A stretch of DNA of 64,000 nucleotides. Origin: Spirochaetia bacterium. Its GTDB lineage: Bacteria; Spirochaetota; Spirochaetia; SP-2023. Numbering within the stretch: the stretch's first letter is position 1; every line of letters starts with the position of its first letter. The translations under genes were made by a program, and so were the position numbers. The notes below the pieces were generated by a model. The model was not told where the DNA came from, searched no databases, and saw nothing but the letters and a program-made list of their open reading frames with translations. Below, one piece after another: positions 1-10,748 of this stretch. Location of the stretch: assembly GCA_965225855.1 (NCBI GenBank), contig CBDDCK010000005.1:992001-1056000 (forward strand). Direction: 5' to 3'.

Positions 1-982
1 GACGGGCCATTATACTTTGAGTTTCCGTTCCATTGCCTATACGGATTTAGCAAGACGCTACCTACCCATAGAGGTATTAGTGCGCTATGTTCGCCGTAGT
101 GGTAAAGATGAGCTTGGCTATTTTGCGCCTCTATCTTCTATCAATGCAAATCGCTAGGCGATCTTTTTTACTCTTTATTTTCTATAGTACTTTTCGTATA
201 CCGCTATGCTTGGGTGCTAAAGAAATCAACAACCATCGTTGGCGTTATTCTTTGAATATTCTAGCGATTTGGTTGTCAGCAAAAGGCAATGATAGCAGCA
301 GGTACCAAGTATTCCGCGCAGCGCAGCCAAGATAGCCGTTTAAGTGTGGCTGTACAGGCTTGGGAACGCCGTGAAGTAGCCCAACTAACGGCTATGTATA
401 CTAGCCATTTGTTGCAGCTGGAAGGCATTGGAAGTTGTTAGTCGCTATGAGCACATGAGCTATGAAGCACTGCTGGCCCGTATAGAGCCCACTCACCTGA
501 AGTACCGTTGCCTGCCGATGACAACGATGTTATAATAACGCCGATAGAGGCATAAAGCGCATTGGTGCAAGCAGACCACCAATCCAATGGTAACATACCT
601 CAATTAAAGGTCTACTTGAAAAACTCGGAACAGGCTACTAGCGGTATCGATGGCCCGCTTGGGGCAAACAAAAGCCCTAATCAAATCGAGCATAGCAGCG
701 AAGGCCAAGATAATATCCCTAGTGGGGTGTACAACCAAGACCAGCCAGCCTATAATGCCGTAACCTATGCTTTTTATTTTTTATGGGGTTCATTATGTCC
801 TACCGAGTTACGAGCACGGCACCGCTAGATGCCAGCCCATTATGTGGTTTCAGAACCGTTACCTAATGGGAGACTTGCGCTGAACGCACCTATATTGGCT
901 GGACGCTCGCTACCTTGCATGACTTAAAAAGTTGGTTCCCTTTACACTTTCCTCGCTATACTCACGCTAACTTTTTCCCTAA

Positions 983-1828
983 GTGATATTGATGCAAGAA
1001 TCATACCTACCACAGCCACTAGAGTATCGCTATTGGTTTGCAGAGTTTGGTCCTAAGCTCGATGTATTGCGGCAAAGTTGTCTATACTTTAGCCCCTATA
1101 TTATCGGCTCTCGAGCCAGTAGAAAATTTTATCAGCAGCTATATGATGATGTTTGGTGCTACCATAATCTGTTGCTAGAGCTAGAGCCGGCTACTTTAGA
1201 ACATTCTATGATGCAATCGTGGCAGTTGCCGTTGGGTTTATTATTTTGCTTGAAAACACAATCGGCCTTAATCGAGCAGTTTTTTATGCAGGGGCTGGCT
1301 TTGCCACAGTGGTATGAAGGCCAATTTATCCCCGATAGGAGCACTGCTTTGGTTTTGGCAGTGTGTACTAATGCGCCCGCGTTGCCCCGCTATAGCCCTG
1401 TGGCTAAACAGTTACTTTTATTCCGCTGCAACGGCCTACGTTGTAGTACGGCAGAACTATTGTTATTTTTGGCCTTTGCACCATTGTCCTCACTATTGGC
1501 GGGCGATATGGGCCCAGGTGGAACAACACAAGGTAAAGCAACATCTGATCAAGTACTTGGTCAAGCTCCTTGCCAGCAGGTTTCCCAGAGCCTTTGGCAG
1601 CAAGCACTTTATCAATTAGATTTATTGTTGTTTGAGCTATACTCTTGTAAGCTATCTGGCCCAGATGTCAACCGCGATATAGCCGAGATTTATATAGAGG
1701 ATTTGCTGCGTCAAAACTACCGCCAAGGCTTACAAAATTTGTGGCGCAAGCATTGGCCGACTATCTGGCTGCACAGCCTTAGAATCACGCAATGCTGCAC
1801 TGTCTTTGTTTTTTTGGGGGGCATCTAA
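983..1828 (+). CDS. hypothetical protein, possibly 3'-truncated
   Basis: 281-aa ORF with no recognised motif; its last 99 bp overlap the convergent GH5 ORF. Confidence 0.5.
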   Translation: MILMQESYLPQPLEYRYWFAEFGPKLDVLRQSCLYFSPYIIGSRASRKFYQQLYDDVWCYHNLLLELEPATLEHSMMQSWQLPLGLLFCLKTQSALIEQFFMQGLALPQWYEGQFIPDRSTALVLAVCTNAPALPRYSPVAKQLLLFRCNGLRCSTAELLLFLAFAPLSSLLAGDMGPGGTTQGKATSDQVLGQAPCQQVSQSLWQQALYQLDLLLFELYSCKLSGPDVNRDIAEIYIEDLLRQNYRQGLQNLWRKHWPTIWLHSLRITQCCTVFVFLGGI

Positions 1829-2998
1829 CCCGTTTTTGATAACTTGCCATAATGAGTTCTTCTCACGCCCTTTGTACGGCAAGGTTGGTGTTCTACCGGC
1901 CTCTATATCTTGCCAATATTTCCAACCTAGGGGTTTATTCCCTAATTGATAATCGTACCCGTCCCATTCATCTTCGCGGAATGAATAGAATGCCCAGTGA
2001 TATTGTTTAGTATTAAACACAGCTAATAAGTCACGCAGGTAAGTATCGCACCCTTGGTTCATGCGCATACAGCCAAATTCTCCTGCAACGATACGATTGC
2101 TTGGAATATTATGTTTTTCCACCCATTTATAAAACGGGGCAAAATATTTATGCATGGTATCTTTATTCCAAAATACCTTTACATCGCTATCCCCTTGGGA
2201 AATTTCCCCTGGGTATGACAATTTCCATTTTTTACGGAAATTCGCCCCCGATGTAAAACGATATGGTTCATACATGTGGAATTGATACAAAATTTTATCA
2301 TCTTTAATAGGTGTCCAATGCACGAATGTGTTTGGCTGACTGTACCAGCCACTCTCCACCATGATGGGGGTTTGTCTATCCACCACGCGGATTGATTGAA
2401 TAACCAACTCATAGAAGGCCTGTAAATCACGGGCGGTGCCTTTGTATTTATTGGACCAAGTGATGAAACGGGACGCATCGCCCAGGGTGGCTTGTTCGAT
2501 AGAACCTGTTTTAAATTCAGGGTATGGTTCGTTAAAAATGTTGTAGGCAACCACCGTATCCTCGTCTTTAAATTCACGGGCTAGGTCTTGCCACATTTGG
2601 GCAACCATGTTCCAATATTTCTTATCGGTCCACAAACGCATATCATTTTTACCGCCACGCAACTGACGAAACACCGCTCCAGGCAGCGAAATGGGCACTA
2701 ACACCATCTTAATATCGTGCTTTTGAGCATAAGCAACCGCTTGTTTTATCTCGGCTAAATCCTTTGGTATCAACCCAGTGTAATCGGAACTATCGCCCAT
2801 TAAATAGCCGCGTTTCTTGCCCCAGGCGAAACGAACCCATTCAATGCCAGCCTCTGATGCCGCTTGAAACCAGGCCTCTTTGGGGGCATGTTTGTTAAAG
2901 TTATTTGCACCACGGCGCTGGATATCCCAGTAATCGATCTGGCCTACCAACGATAAGGAGGGGATAAAAAGCAAAGAGACGATAATAAAAATACGCAT
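1730..2998 (-). CDS. secreted glycoside hydrolase family 5 (cellulase family)
   Basis: Signal-peptide-like N-terminus; YNIFNEP acid/base motif; FHMYEP; AGEFG nucleophile motif; RBS GGAG upstream. Confidence 0.85.
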   Translation of the reverse strand: MRIFIIVSLLFIPSLSLVGQIDYWDIQRRGANNFNKHAPKEAWFQAASEAGIEWVRFAWGKKRGYLMGDSSDYTGLIPKDLAEIKQAVAYAQKHDIKMVLVPISLPGAVFRQLRGGKNDMRLWTDKKYWNMVAQMWQDLAREFKDEDTVVAYNIFNEPYPEFKTGSIEQATLGDASRFITWSNKYKGTARDLQAFYELVIQSIRVVDRQTPIMVESGWYSQPNTFVHWTPIKDDKILYQFHMYEPYRFTSGANFRKKWKLSYPGEISQGDSDVKVFWNKDTMHKYFAPFYKWVEKHNIPSNRIVAGEFGCMRMNQGCDTYLRDLLAVFNTKQYHWAFYSFREDEWDGYDYQLGNKPLGWKYWQDIEAGRTPTLPYKGREKNSLWQVIKNGLDAPQKNKDSAALRDSKAVQPDSRPMLAPQIL

Positions 2999-3299
2999 AA
3001 ATTCACTCCAAAAATGCGATAAAATATCTATTTTTAGCTTATACCATAAACAGAAAAGCGGAGGGCTAGCATAGGTGATTTTATTGGTTCTGCCTACCTA
3101 AAAAGCGAATATTACAGAAAAAACAAGCGCTAAGCCATGCTTCTATGGGAGATAGTTGGGCCGAGATTAGGAGATAATCCATGTAAAAATAGCTAAGGAT
3201 TATTGCGAGAATAGCCGATAAGTAGTCCGAGATTGCACAATATAACAATTGCCCATAAGCATAAGCAAAACCGCAAACAATACATAAACCGGTACCACC

Positions 3300-4388
3300 A
3301 TGGATATAGAAGAAGGAATAGACTACTGGGAACGCGGTTGGAATCATCAACAACAGGGCCACCTAACGCAAGCCTTGGCCGACTATCAGCGTGCTTTGGC
3401 CCTAGAACCACGCAATGCCGCACTTTACTACAACCGTGCCAATCTGTACAAAAAGCAGCACAAATGGGCCGAGTCTTTAGCGGACTACGACCAAGCCATT
3501 GCGCTAGAGCCCGACTATGTAGAGGCCTACAACAACCGCGCCAACCTATATGAAGATTTGGCAAAGTGGCCTCAAGCGCTGCAAGATTATAACACCGCCA
3601 TCGGCTTACAGCCGGACGATGCCGGACTGTACTATAATCGCGGCTATTTATACGCCAAACAAGGCGAGCGCTCTAAGGCTTTGGCCGACTACAGTCAGGC
3701 GATTGAGCTAGAGCCCAAGCACGTAGATGCCTACAACAATCGTGCGGTTTTGTACCAAGAACAAGGCCAATACACCGCAGCTTTGGCCGATTACAACCGC
3801 GCGATCGCCCTAGAACCAACGGCCGAATTATACCACAACCGCGGTTTGTTGTATGACGAACAAGGCCAATACACCGAGGCTTTGGCCGACTACAACCATG
3901 TGATCGCCCTAGATGCCAACTATGCCGCGCCATATATCCACCGCGGCAATGTCTATCAAGAACAGGGCAAACACGCCCAAGCCTTGGCCGACTATGACCG
4001 CGCCATTGCCTTAGACGACCAAGAACCGCTGGCTTATTACAACCGCGCCTTGCTATATGAGGAGCTGGAAAAGCGGGCGCAGGCGCTGCAAGACTATAAC
4101 ACCGCCATCGGCTTACAGCCCGATGAGCCCAACCTATACTGCCATCGCGGGCTTTTATATGCCAAGCAAGGCCAAGCACAAGCAGCTTTGGCCGACTATA
4201 ACACCGCTATTGCGCTACAGGCTAACCACGTTTTAGCCCTCTTAAACCGCAGTATATTGCATGCGCAACAAGGCAGATATGAACCGGCTTTGGCCGATAA
4301 TCGCCGGGTAAAACAGCTAGACCCAAGCGTTCCCCATATAGATAAATGGGCGCAACAGTACCAAACTAAGCTAGGCAAAAATGCATAG
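3300..4388 (+). CDS. tetratricopeptide repeat protein
   Basis: About 10 tandem 34-aa units of consensus A.AYNNRA.LY..QG....ALADY..AI.L.P. Confidence 0.9.
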   Translation: MDIEEGIDYWERGWNHQQQGHLTQALADYQRALALEPRNAALYYNRANLYKKQHKWAESLADYDQAIALEPDYVEAYNNRANLYEDLAKWPQALQDYNTAIGLQPDDAGLYYNRGYLYAKQGERSKALADYSQAIELEPKHVDAYNNRAVLYQEQGQYTAALADYNRAIALEPTAELYHNRGLLYDEQGQYTEALADYNHVIALDANYAAPYIHRGNVYQEQGKHAQALADYDRAIALDDQEPLAYYNRALLYEELEKRAQALQDYNTAIGLQPDEPNLYCHRGLLYAKQGQAQAALADYNTAIALQANHVLALLNRSILHAQQGRYEPALADNRRVKQLDPSVPHIDKWAQQYQTKLGKNA

Positions 4389-4592
4389 ACAGAATGATTC
4401 TAGCAGGTAGAAAGCCTATTTTTAATGCATTAGCTACAATTTTATAGCAAATAAACAATCTATTTATAGTGTTGGATACCATTGATATAGCAAAGAGTGG
4501 GTTTGTTTTTCACCTATAATTCATATATCTATAGTAGGTAGGAAAAGCGATATATTGTTATTTAGAGTTGCAAATTTGTTCAAGAAAATATT

Positions 4593-4937
4593 TCATCTAA
4601 AACCTCGCAAACGCTCTTGAACTGCCATTTGCAAGCGCAAACTATGGTCAGCATGGAAGCGAAAAATAGGTATTTTACGCAAGTGCAATTTTGAAGCCAA
4701 CTTGCGCCGAATAAAACCGGCTGCCGAATTTAAACCTTCAGCACCTTTTACACTGCGCTCTGCACTTTGAAATGATGAAACGCAAATATCAGTGTAGGCC
4801 CCGTCTTTACTCACTTTGACAGATGTTACACTGAGGTCAGCACCAACTCGATGATCTTTAATTTCTCTTTTAGTAATTAATTGGCTCAATAAATGCAAAA
4901 GTAAACTTTCCAGTTTTGAACGGCGCAACTCATTCAT
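4593..4937 (-). CDS. rbfA: ribosome-binding factor A
   Basis: IKDHRV, SVTSVKVSKD, LNSAAGFIRRKL and LRKIPIFRF motifs; directly downstream of infB. Confidence 0.92.
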   Translation of the reverse strand: MNELRRSKLESLLLHLLSQLITKREIKDHRVGADLSVTSVKVSKDGAYTDICVSSFQSAERSVKGAEGLNSAAGFIRRKLASKLHLRKIPIFRFHADHSLRLQMAVQERLRGFR

Positions 4938-4940
4938 AAA

Positions 4941-7397
4941 CTACTCCGATACTTTTAGTTTTTTGGTAATTTCGCGCTCTTCTACTACCTCAAAACGATC
5001 GCCTTCTTTTATATCACTGAAGCTGGCCAAAGTAATACCACATTCAAAACCTTCTCGAACTTGGCGTGCATCATTTTTAAAACGTCTTAGACTAGCTAGC
5101 TGACCAAAGTGGATTTCCACGTCATCACGAAATACACGTACCAAACTTCGGCGGGTAATTTCACCTTTCACCACCATACAACCCGCAATAGTACCCACTT
5201 GTGAATTGCGGAATATCGTGCGAACCTCAACCTCACCAATAATATGTTCTTGTTTATCTGGTGAGAGCATACCTTCCATAGCTGTGCGAATATCATCAAC
5301 TACGTCATAAATAATGCTATATTTGCGAATATCTACTTTTTCTTGCTCCGCCAAAGCCTGAGCTTTAAACGTTGGACGCACATGAAACCCGATGATAATC
5401 GCATTCGATGCCGAAGCTAAGGTTACATCGCTTTCGATAATTGCACCTGCAGCCGAATGAATACAGTTTAAACGAATTTCTTCATTGCTCAATTTTTCCA
5501 AAATCTGCTGTACCGCTTCCACTGAACCATAGACATCTCCTTTGATAATCACCTTGAGCTCTTGGATATTTTGATCTCGGATATGATCGTAGAGATTATC
5601 TAAGGTCAGCTTGATTCTTTGGCTGGCTTCTTGCCGTTTTAATTCTTGCCGTTTCTTTCCATACTGGCGAGCCAATTTCTCGTTTTCGGTTGCTTGAAAT
5701 GGTTCGCCAGAAAGCGGGGCACCTGATAAGCCGATAATTTCCACCGGAGTAGAAGGTGTGGCATGCTCAAGTCGTTCGCCATATTCGTTAAACATAGCAC
5801 GCACTTTGCCCGAGTATATCCCTGCAACATAGGCATCACCGATATTTAAAGTACCGCGCTCAATTAAAACGGTAGCCACAATACCACGGCCCTGATCGAC
5901 TCTGGCTTCGATCACCTTGCCTTCAGACCGGCCTTTTACTGGAGCTGTCAATTGCAAAATTTCTGTTTCCAAAATAATGGTTTCGAGAAGTTCTGGCAAA
6001 CCTTCCTTGGTGAATGCAGAAACTTGAACATAAGAAGTTTGCCCTCCCCAATCCGAAGGTATTAAATCATGTTCAGAAAGCTGCTGCTTAACCCTATCTG
6101 GATTGGCTGCAACTAAATCCGATTTTGTCAAAGCCACGACAATCGGCACTTTACTTTCTTTTGCGTGGTGTATTGCTTCAATTGTCTGTGGCATAACACC
6201 TTCATCAGCGGCCACAATCAAAACAATTAAATCGGTAATCTGGGCACCACGGGCTCGCATCATGGTAAAAGCAGCATGCCCTGGCGTATCCAAAAAAGTA
6301 ATGGTATCATTACTATCGGGAAGATGCACCTGGTAAGCCCCAATGTGCTGGGTAATGCCACCGTGCTCACCGTGAGCTATTTCAGAATCACGCAAAGCAT
6401 CAAGCAAGCTGGTTTTACCGTGGTCGACATGCCCCATAATGGTAACGACCGGCGCTCTTTTGATGTAGTCTACATCTTCAACATGCTCAGACTCAATCAA
6501 CGTTTCTTCGTAAAGCGAAACAACGTTGACTTTACACTTAAACTCTTGGGTCACAACGCTAGCCATATCTGAATCGATCGACTGGTTAATACTGGTCATT
6601 GCACCATGCTTCATCAACCGAGCAATAATATCTGATGCTTTTAAATTCATTTTACGGGCCAATTCGGAAACCGTAATCGAATCCATAATAGAGATTTCTC
6701 TGGGCACAACATCAGTAGTTGCATAAGATTTTTTCTTTTTGACTTGACTAGAAAAATGCGCCAAATCCTCGCGGCGGTCTAATTTCTCACGTACTTTGTT
6801 GCTGCGTCTATTATCATTGCCACCCCGACTTTTTTGGTTGCCAGAACTAGGTGGAGGAGGAGTTACTGTAATCTTTGCTGCTGTTACCGATTTATTCAAA
6901 TTTTTATTCGTATCTACATTGTTATTCCCAACAGGCCGCCTCTGTGGTGGTCTCTTATTATTTTTTGTAGCAGCACTAGAATTATGATTGGACACCCCCC
7001 GCCCACGCTCACCGGCAGTACGCTTACGTGGAGGCCGAATAACTTCAAACTGTACCGAAGGCTGGGCTTTGCGGCGAGCTTCATGTAACCTTTGTTCCAT
7101 TTGTTCAAGGGTCAATGGATTGTGCTCTAATGGCTTATTACTTTTAGCACGTGGCAAAGACGCCGAATGAGTGCGCGATTTTACAGCGGCGTTTTTTCTA
7201 TTGGTAGGCCTCCCCGGCCCTTTGTCTTTTACTTCATTCTCATGTTTTTTGATCGCAACTTTGCGTACAACTTTGCGCACAATCTTTTTCCCCAGCGCCT
7301 CGTTTGTATGCGGATTTTTATTAGCTGATACATACTTTTTCTTTACAAGAGTAGTAGGGCCCGTCTTTTTTACAATTTTTTTGTTGTCTTCTGCCAT
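4941..7397 (-). CDS. infB: translation initiation factor IF-2
   Basis: MGHVDHGKTSL, GGITQHIGAYQV and FLDTPGHAAF GTPase motifs; C-terminal GFECGI. Confidence 0.98.
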   Translation of the reverse strand: MAEDNKKIVKKTGPTTLVKKKYVSANKNPHTNEALGKKIVRKVVRKVAIKKHENEVKDKGPGRPTNRKNAAVKSRTHSASLPRAKSNKPLEHNPLTLEQMEQRLHEARRKAQPSVQFEVIRPPRKRTAGERGRGVSNHNSSAATKNNKRPPQRRPVGNNNVDTNKNLNKSVTAAKITVTPPPPSSGNQKSRGGNDNRRSNKVREKLDRREDLAHFSSQVKKKKSYATTDVVPREISIMDSITVSELARKMNLKASDIIARLMKHGAMTSINQSIDSDMASVVTQEFKCKVNVVSLYEETLIESEHVEDVDYIKRAPVVTIMGHVDHGKTSLLDALRDSEIAHGEHGGITQHIGAYQVHLPDSNDTITFLDTPGHAAFTMMRARGAQITDLIVLIVAADEGVMPQTIEAIHHAKESKVPIVVALTKSDLVAANPDRVKQQLSEHDLIPSDWGGQTSYVQVSAFTKEGLPELLETIILETEILQLTAPVKGRSEGKVIEARVDQGRGIVATVLIERGTLNIGDAYVAGIYSGKVRAMFNEYGERLEHATPSTPVEIIGLSGAPLSGEPFQATENEKLARQYGKKRQELKRQEASQRIKLTLDNLYDHIRDQNIQELKVIIKGDVYGSVEAVQQILEKLSNEEIRLNCIHSAAGAIIESDVTLASASNAIIIGFHVRPTFKAQALAEQEKVDIRKYSIIYDVVDDIRTAMEGMLSPDKQEHIIGEVEVRTIFRNSQVGTIAGCMVVKGEITRRSLVRVFRDDVEIHFGQLASLRRFKNDARQVREGFECGITLASFSDIKEGDRFEVVEEREITKKLKVSE

Positions 7398-7460
7398 GTT
7401 TGCCTTCTGTTGTTATCCTCTCATTGATCTGTGACAAAAAATTTGTGCCGTAAGCTCTAT

Positions 7461-8894
7461 TTACTCTTCTGACTCTTCTTCAAAACTCAAACCAACATGG
7501 CAGTTGGGGCACTCTGCCATCATTACATCTATTTCATGAGTGCATTCAGGGCATTGATAAACAATTATCTCTGCATCATCTGGCGCAACATAAGAATCAA
7601 TAGCATCGGCATTAATGTCAATAATCTCCTGAATGGCTTCAATGATTTGTGAAGACTCAGAAACAAATATTTTTTCTATATCATTTAAAGAAAGACCTTG
7701 TAGATGCTCAATACCTTTAATATCTTTGGTTTCCAGTATGGCCATCAATTCTTCTGTAACACCTTCCAAGTCTTCTAGCTTTTGAACTAACTCAAAATCA
7801 TTGAACAACTCTGTAGCAAAATCTTCGGTATCTTGTTCTAAAGCCGCCATACCAGCAAACTGTTCTTGAGTTTTCACATCAATACTCCAGCCAACTAAAC
7901 GGCTAGCCAAACGAATATTGACCCCTTGTTTACCGATAGCCAATGACAACTGCTCAGCAGGAACCACAACCAAAGCCGTTTTGCGCCGTTGATTCAAAAC
8001 ATGCACTTGCTCCACTTGAGCCGGGACCAGGGCATTTTTGATAAACGCAATCAGATTACTATCATAGCGCAAAATATCAATTTTTTCGCCTTCCAATTCA
8101 CGGATAACATTTTGAATCCGAACACCTTTGACTCCCACACAAGCACCAACAGGATCAATATCATCACGGTAGGAATACACTGCCATTTTTGTACGGGAGC
8201 CCGCATCGCGAACCACTTTATAAATATCTACCGTACCATCATAAATTTCAGAAACTTCAATTTCAAACAATTTGCGCACCAACTCTGGGCTACTGCGCGA
8301 AAGCACAATTTGCAAGCCCTGGCTATGACGGCGCACATTTTCAATCAACACTTTAATTCGATCGCCGGGCCGATAAATTTCACGAGCCGATTGATAACGC
8401 TTGGGCAAAACCCCTTCGGCTTTACCTAAATCAATATAGATATTGCCATTGCGCTCACGCTGATTGTAACCAATAATTAGCTCACCCAATTTATCTTTAA
8501 ATTCCGAAGATAGCGTATCTTTTTGAATTTCCCGCAATCCTTGGCGATTGCGCTGTTTGGCATTGTAGACAGCAACTCGGTCAAAATCATTTTTTAAATC
8601 CAACTCAAACAACAACTCATCACCCAGCTCAGCGTCATTATTATGTTCTTGCGCTTCCGAAAGTGTCACTTCTAGCACGGGATCATCTAATTCCTCATTA
8701 TCGACAATGCGTTTTTGGGCATAAAGAGATACACCTGAATAATCCTCGTGAAAGTGAACTACAGCATTTTCATCGGTACCAAAGCGCTTTTTGTATGCAG
8801 CTTTCAAAAAATTCTCAATATTTTTCAGCACGAGTTCTTCTGAAATATTTTTCTCATGCTGAATCAAACGGATATTCTCTAAAAAATCATTCAT
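7461..8894 (-). CDS. nusA: transcription termination/antitermination factor NusA
   Basis: S1/KH motifs (DPVGACVGVKGVRI, LAIGKQGVNIRLA); C-terminal CPEC..CPNC zinc ribbon as in spirochaete NusA. Confidence 0.97.
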   Translation of the reverse strand: MNDFLENIRLIQHEKNISEELVLKNIENFLKAAYKKRFGTDENAVVHFHEDYSGVSLYAQKRIVDNEELDDPVLEVTLSEAQEHNNDAELGDELLFELDLKNDFDRVAVYNAKQRNRQGLREIQKDTLSSEFKDKLGELIIGYNQRERNGNIYIDLGKAEGVLPKRYQSAREIYRPGDRIKVLIENVRRHSQGLQIVLSRSSPELVRKLFEIEVSEIYDGTVDIYKVVRDAGSRTKMAVYSYRDDIDPVGACVGVKGVRIQNVIRELEGEKIDILRYDSNLIAFIKNALVPAQVEQVHVLNQRRKTALVVVPAEQLSLAIGKQGVNIRLASRLVGWSIDVKTQEQFAGMAALEQDTEDFATELFNDFELVQKLEDLEGVTEELMAILETKDIKGIEHLQGLSLNDIEKIFVSESSQIIEAIQEIIDINADAIDSYVAPDDAEIIVYQCPECTHEIDVMMAECPNCHVGLSFEEESEE

Positions 8895-8976
8895 AATAGC
8901 TCCTTTAACTTTTAACTTTCAGGTGAACAATCCGCCTGTTTTCATATGCAAATAGAAGCGTTAAATAATTCGTATA

Positions 8977-9303
8977 TTAAACTTTTAGCAATTGCTCCAA
9001 AGAGAAAACACGTATACTCGTAGCAATTGCCAAAGATAACTCAAGATTCCCTGTGTCATAGTGCGTTAGGCCCAAAAGTACACCATTGTGCCAACAGCTA
9101 TTTTCCAGACAACGAACTGGCTGACCTCGGAAAATTTGAAATTCTCTACGGCTAGGCAAACATCGACCCAAACCCGACGATGACAGCTCCAAGCTATAGT
9201 CTTTATGGCAAGAGATTTCGACGCCACTGGCCTGTAAACTCTCAATTTTCACATCGGCAATTTTATGTTGAATTTTGGTTTGAGTTTTCTCTTTCAACCT
9301 CAT
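8977..9303 (-). CDS. rimP: ribosome maturation factor RimP, shortened/degenerate
   Basis: YSLELSSSGLGR resembles the RimP Y.LEVSSPG.R motif; located upstream of nusA; only 108 aa with a non-RimP-like N-terminus. Confidence 0.6.
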   Translation of the reverse strand: MRLKEKTQTKIQHKIADVKIESLQASGVEISCHKDYSLELSSSGLGRCLPSRREFQIFRGQPVRCLENSCWHNGVLLGLTHYDTGNLELSLAIATSIRVFSLEQLLKV

Positions 9304-9404
9304 TGAATAGCCACTTCTCCATAGTGCGGTCTTAATTTATATTTATCCTAGCAGATAAATATATAACGCAGGTAAGAACACACAAAAAATGCTCTTGATT
9401 GTAT

Positions 9405-9430
9405 AAAAAAAAGAGTCGCTTCCGACTCTT
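9405..9430 (-). terminator. leader terminator hairpin of the rimP-nusA-infB operon
   Basis: Minus strand reads AAGAGTCG-GAAG-CGACTCTT followed by a T run, between the promoter and rimP. Confidence 0.7.
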
Positions 9431-9463
9431 CTGAAAAAACACATATCAGAAAAACTTTATTAG

Positions 9464-9491
9464 ATTATACAATTATTGGAAATATAGTCAA
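9464..9491 (-). promoter_or_regulatory. sigma70-type promoter of the rimP-nusA-infB operon
   Basis: Minus strand TTGACT-16 bp-TATAAT. Confidence 0.7.
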
Positions 9492-9651
9492 GTATTTAAA
9501 CAAGTTTAAAGAGAATAATTGAAAACGCTACGACCATTCATCGCTAGTTTTTATGATAATTTTAACTATATATCAATATTTATGCTTGCCATTGTAGCCG
9601 ATAACAGCCATGATAACGGGCCATGAAATTTATTTTAGGAGGATTGCCTTA

Positions 9652-10653
9652 ATGATACAAGTCGCTTTTTTTGATAGCAAAAATTATGATGTAATAACTT
9701 TTAATAAAAAAATTAAAGAGCTGGGCCTAGAACAAGAGCTGCATATTGAATACTACGAAGTTCGCCTATCAGCTCAAACAGCAAATATTCTCACAGAAGA
9801 TACCGATGTAATTTGCTCTTTTGTCAATGATAAAATTGATGATCAAGTAGTACAGATTCTAAAACGTTGCAATATTAAGCTAATAGCCTTACGCTGTGCG
9901 GGTTTTAACCACGTAGATTTTACCAGCTTAAAAGACCTTCCGGTAGTCAGGGTCCCAGCATATTCACCTCATGCGGTTGCTGAACACGCTTTAAGCCTAA
10001 TGTGCACGCTAAATCGCAAAATTCATAAAGCCTACTACCGCGTGCGAGATGGCAATTTTTCCATTCAGGGCTTGGTTGGTTTTGATTTTTATCAAAAAAC
10101 TGCAGGCATTATCGGTACAGGGAAAATTGGGAAAGCCATGGTTCAAATTCTCAAAGGTCTAGGCATGAATATTTTAGCTTACGATTTATTCCCAAATAGC
10201 GAGTTAAAAGATGTCGAGTACTGTAGTATTGCAGAATTATGCCGCCGTAGCGATGTTATCAGCCTACATTGCCCTTTAACTCCAGACACAGAATATATTA
10301 TCAATTACGATACTTTGGCATTGATGAGGCGCAATGCGATTTTAATCAATACCAGTCGCGGTGCTCTAATCAACACTCAAGATTTAATCTATGCTCTTAA
10401 AAAGGAACGCATCGGCGGAGCGGGTTTAGACGTTTATGAAGAAGAACAGGCTGTATTTTTTGAGGATCACTCCCTGCAAAATCTAAAAGATGAACAGTTG
10501 CTGCGACTATTAAATTTTAACAACGTAGTGCTTACCGCCCATCAAGCTTTCTTGACCACAGAAGCATTGGAAGAAATTGCTTCAACAACGCTAGCCAATA
10601 TTACTAACTATATTCAGCAAGGGTTATTGGAAAACCAAGTTATCCAATCATAA
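9652..10653 (+). CDS. ldhA: D-lactate dehydrogenase (D-2-hydroxyacid dehydrogenase)
   Basis: LRCAGFNHVD, PAYSPHAVAEH, GTGKIG, LDVYEEE and HQAFLT motifs; start set at MIQVAFF after RBS AGGAGG. Confidence 0.9.
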   Translation: MIQVAFFDSKNYDVITFNKKIKELGLEQELHIEYYEVRLSAQTANILTEDTDVICSFVNDKIDDQVVQILKRCNIKLIALRCAGFNHVDFTSLKDLPVVRVPAYSPHAVAEHALSLMCTLNRKIHKAYYRVRDGNFSIQGLVGFDFYQKTAGIIGTGKIGKAMVQILKGLGMNILAYDLFPNSELKDVEYCSIAELCRRSDVISLHCPLTPDTEYIINYDTLALMRRNAILINTSRGALINTQDLIYALKKERIGGAGLDVYEEEQAVFFEDHSLQNLKDEQLLRLLNFNNVVLTAHQAFLTTEALEEIASTTLANITNYIQQGLLENQVIQS

Positions 10654-10748
10654 TTTATAGCACGATATTTGTTAAAATTGAAATTCCCGATTGAGCTGTT
10701 GTAGAATTTAAAAATTCTTATCGCTCCCTAAGCAAAAAGCAGATAAAA

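Noticed and set aside
1..900. Short ORFs 87-335 and 562-828
   Set aside because: No recognisable motifs; possibly decayed sequence, but I cannot support a call
3081..3362. Hydrophobic minus-strand ORF, possible transporter fragment
   Set aside because: Overlaps the TPR gene start and has no convincing family motif
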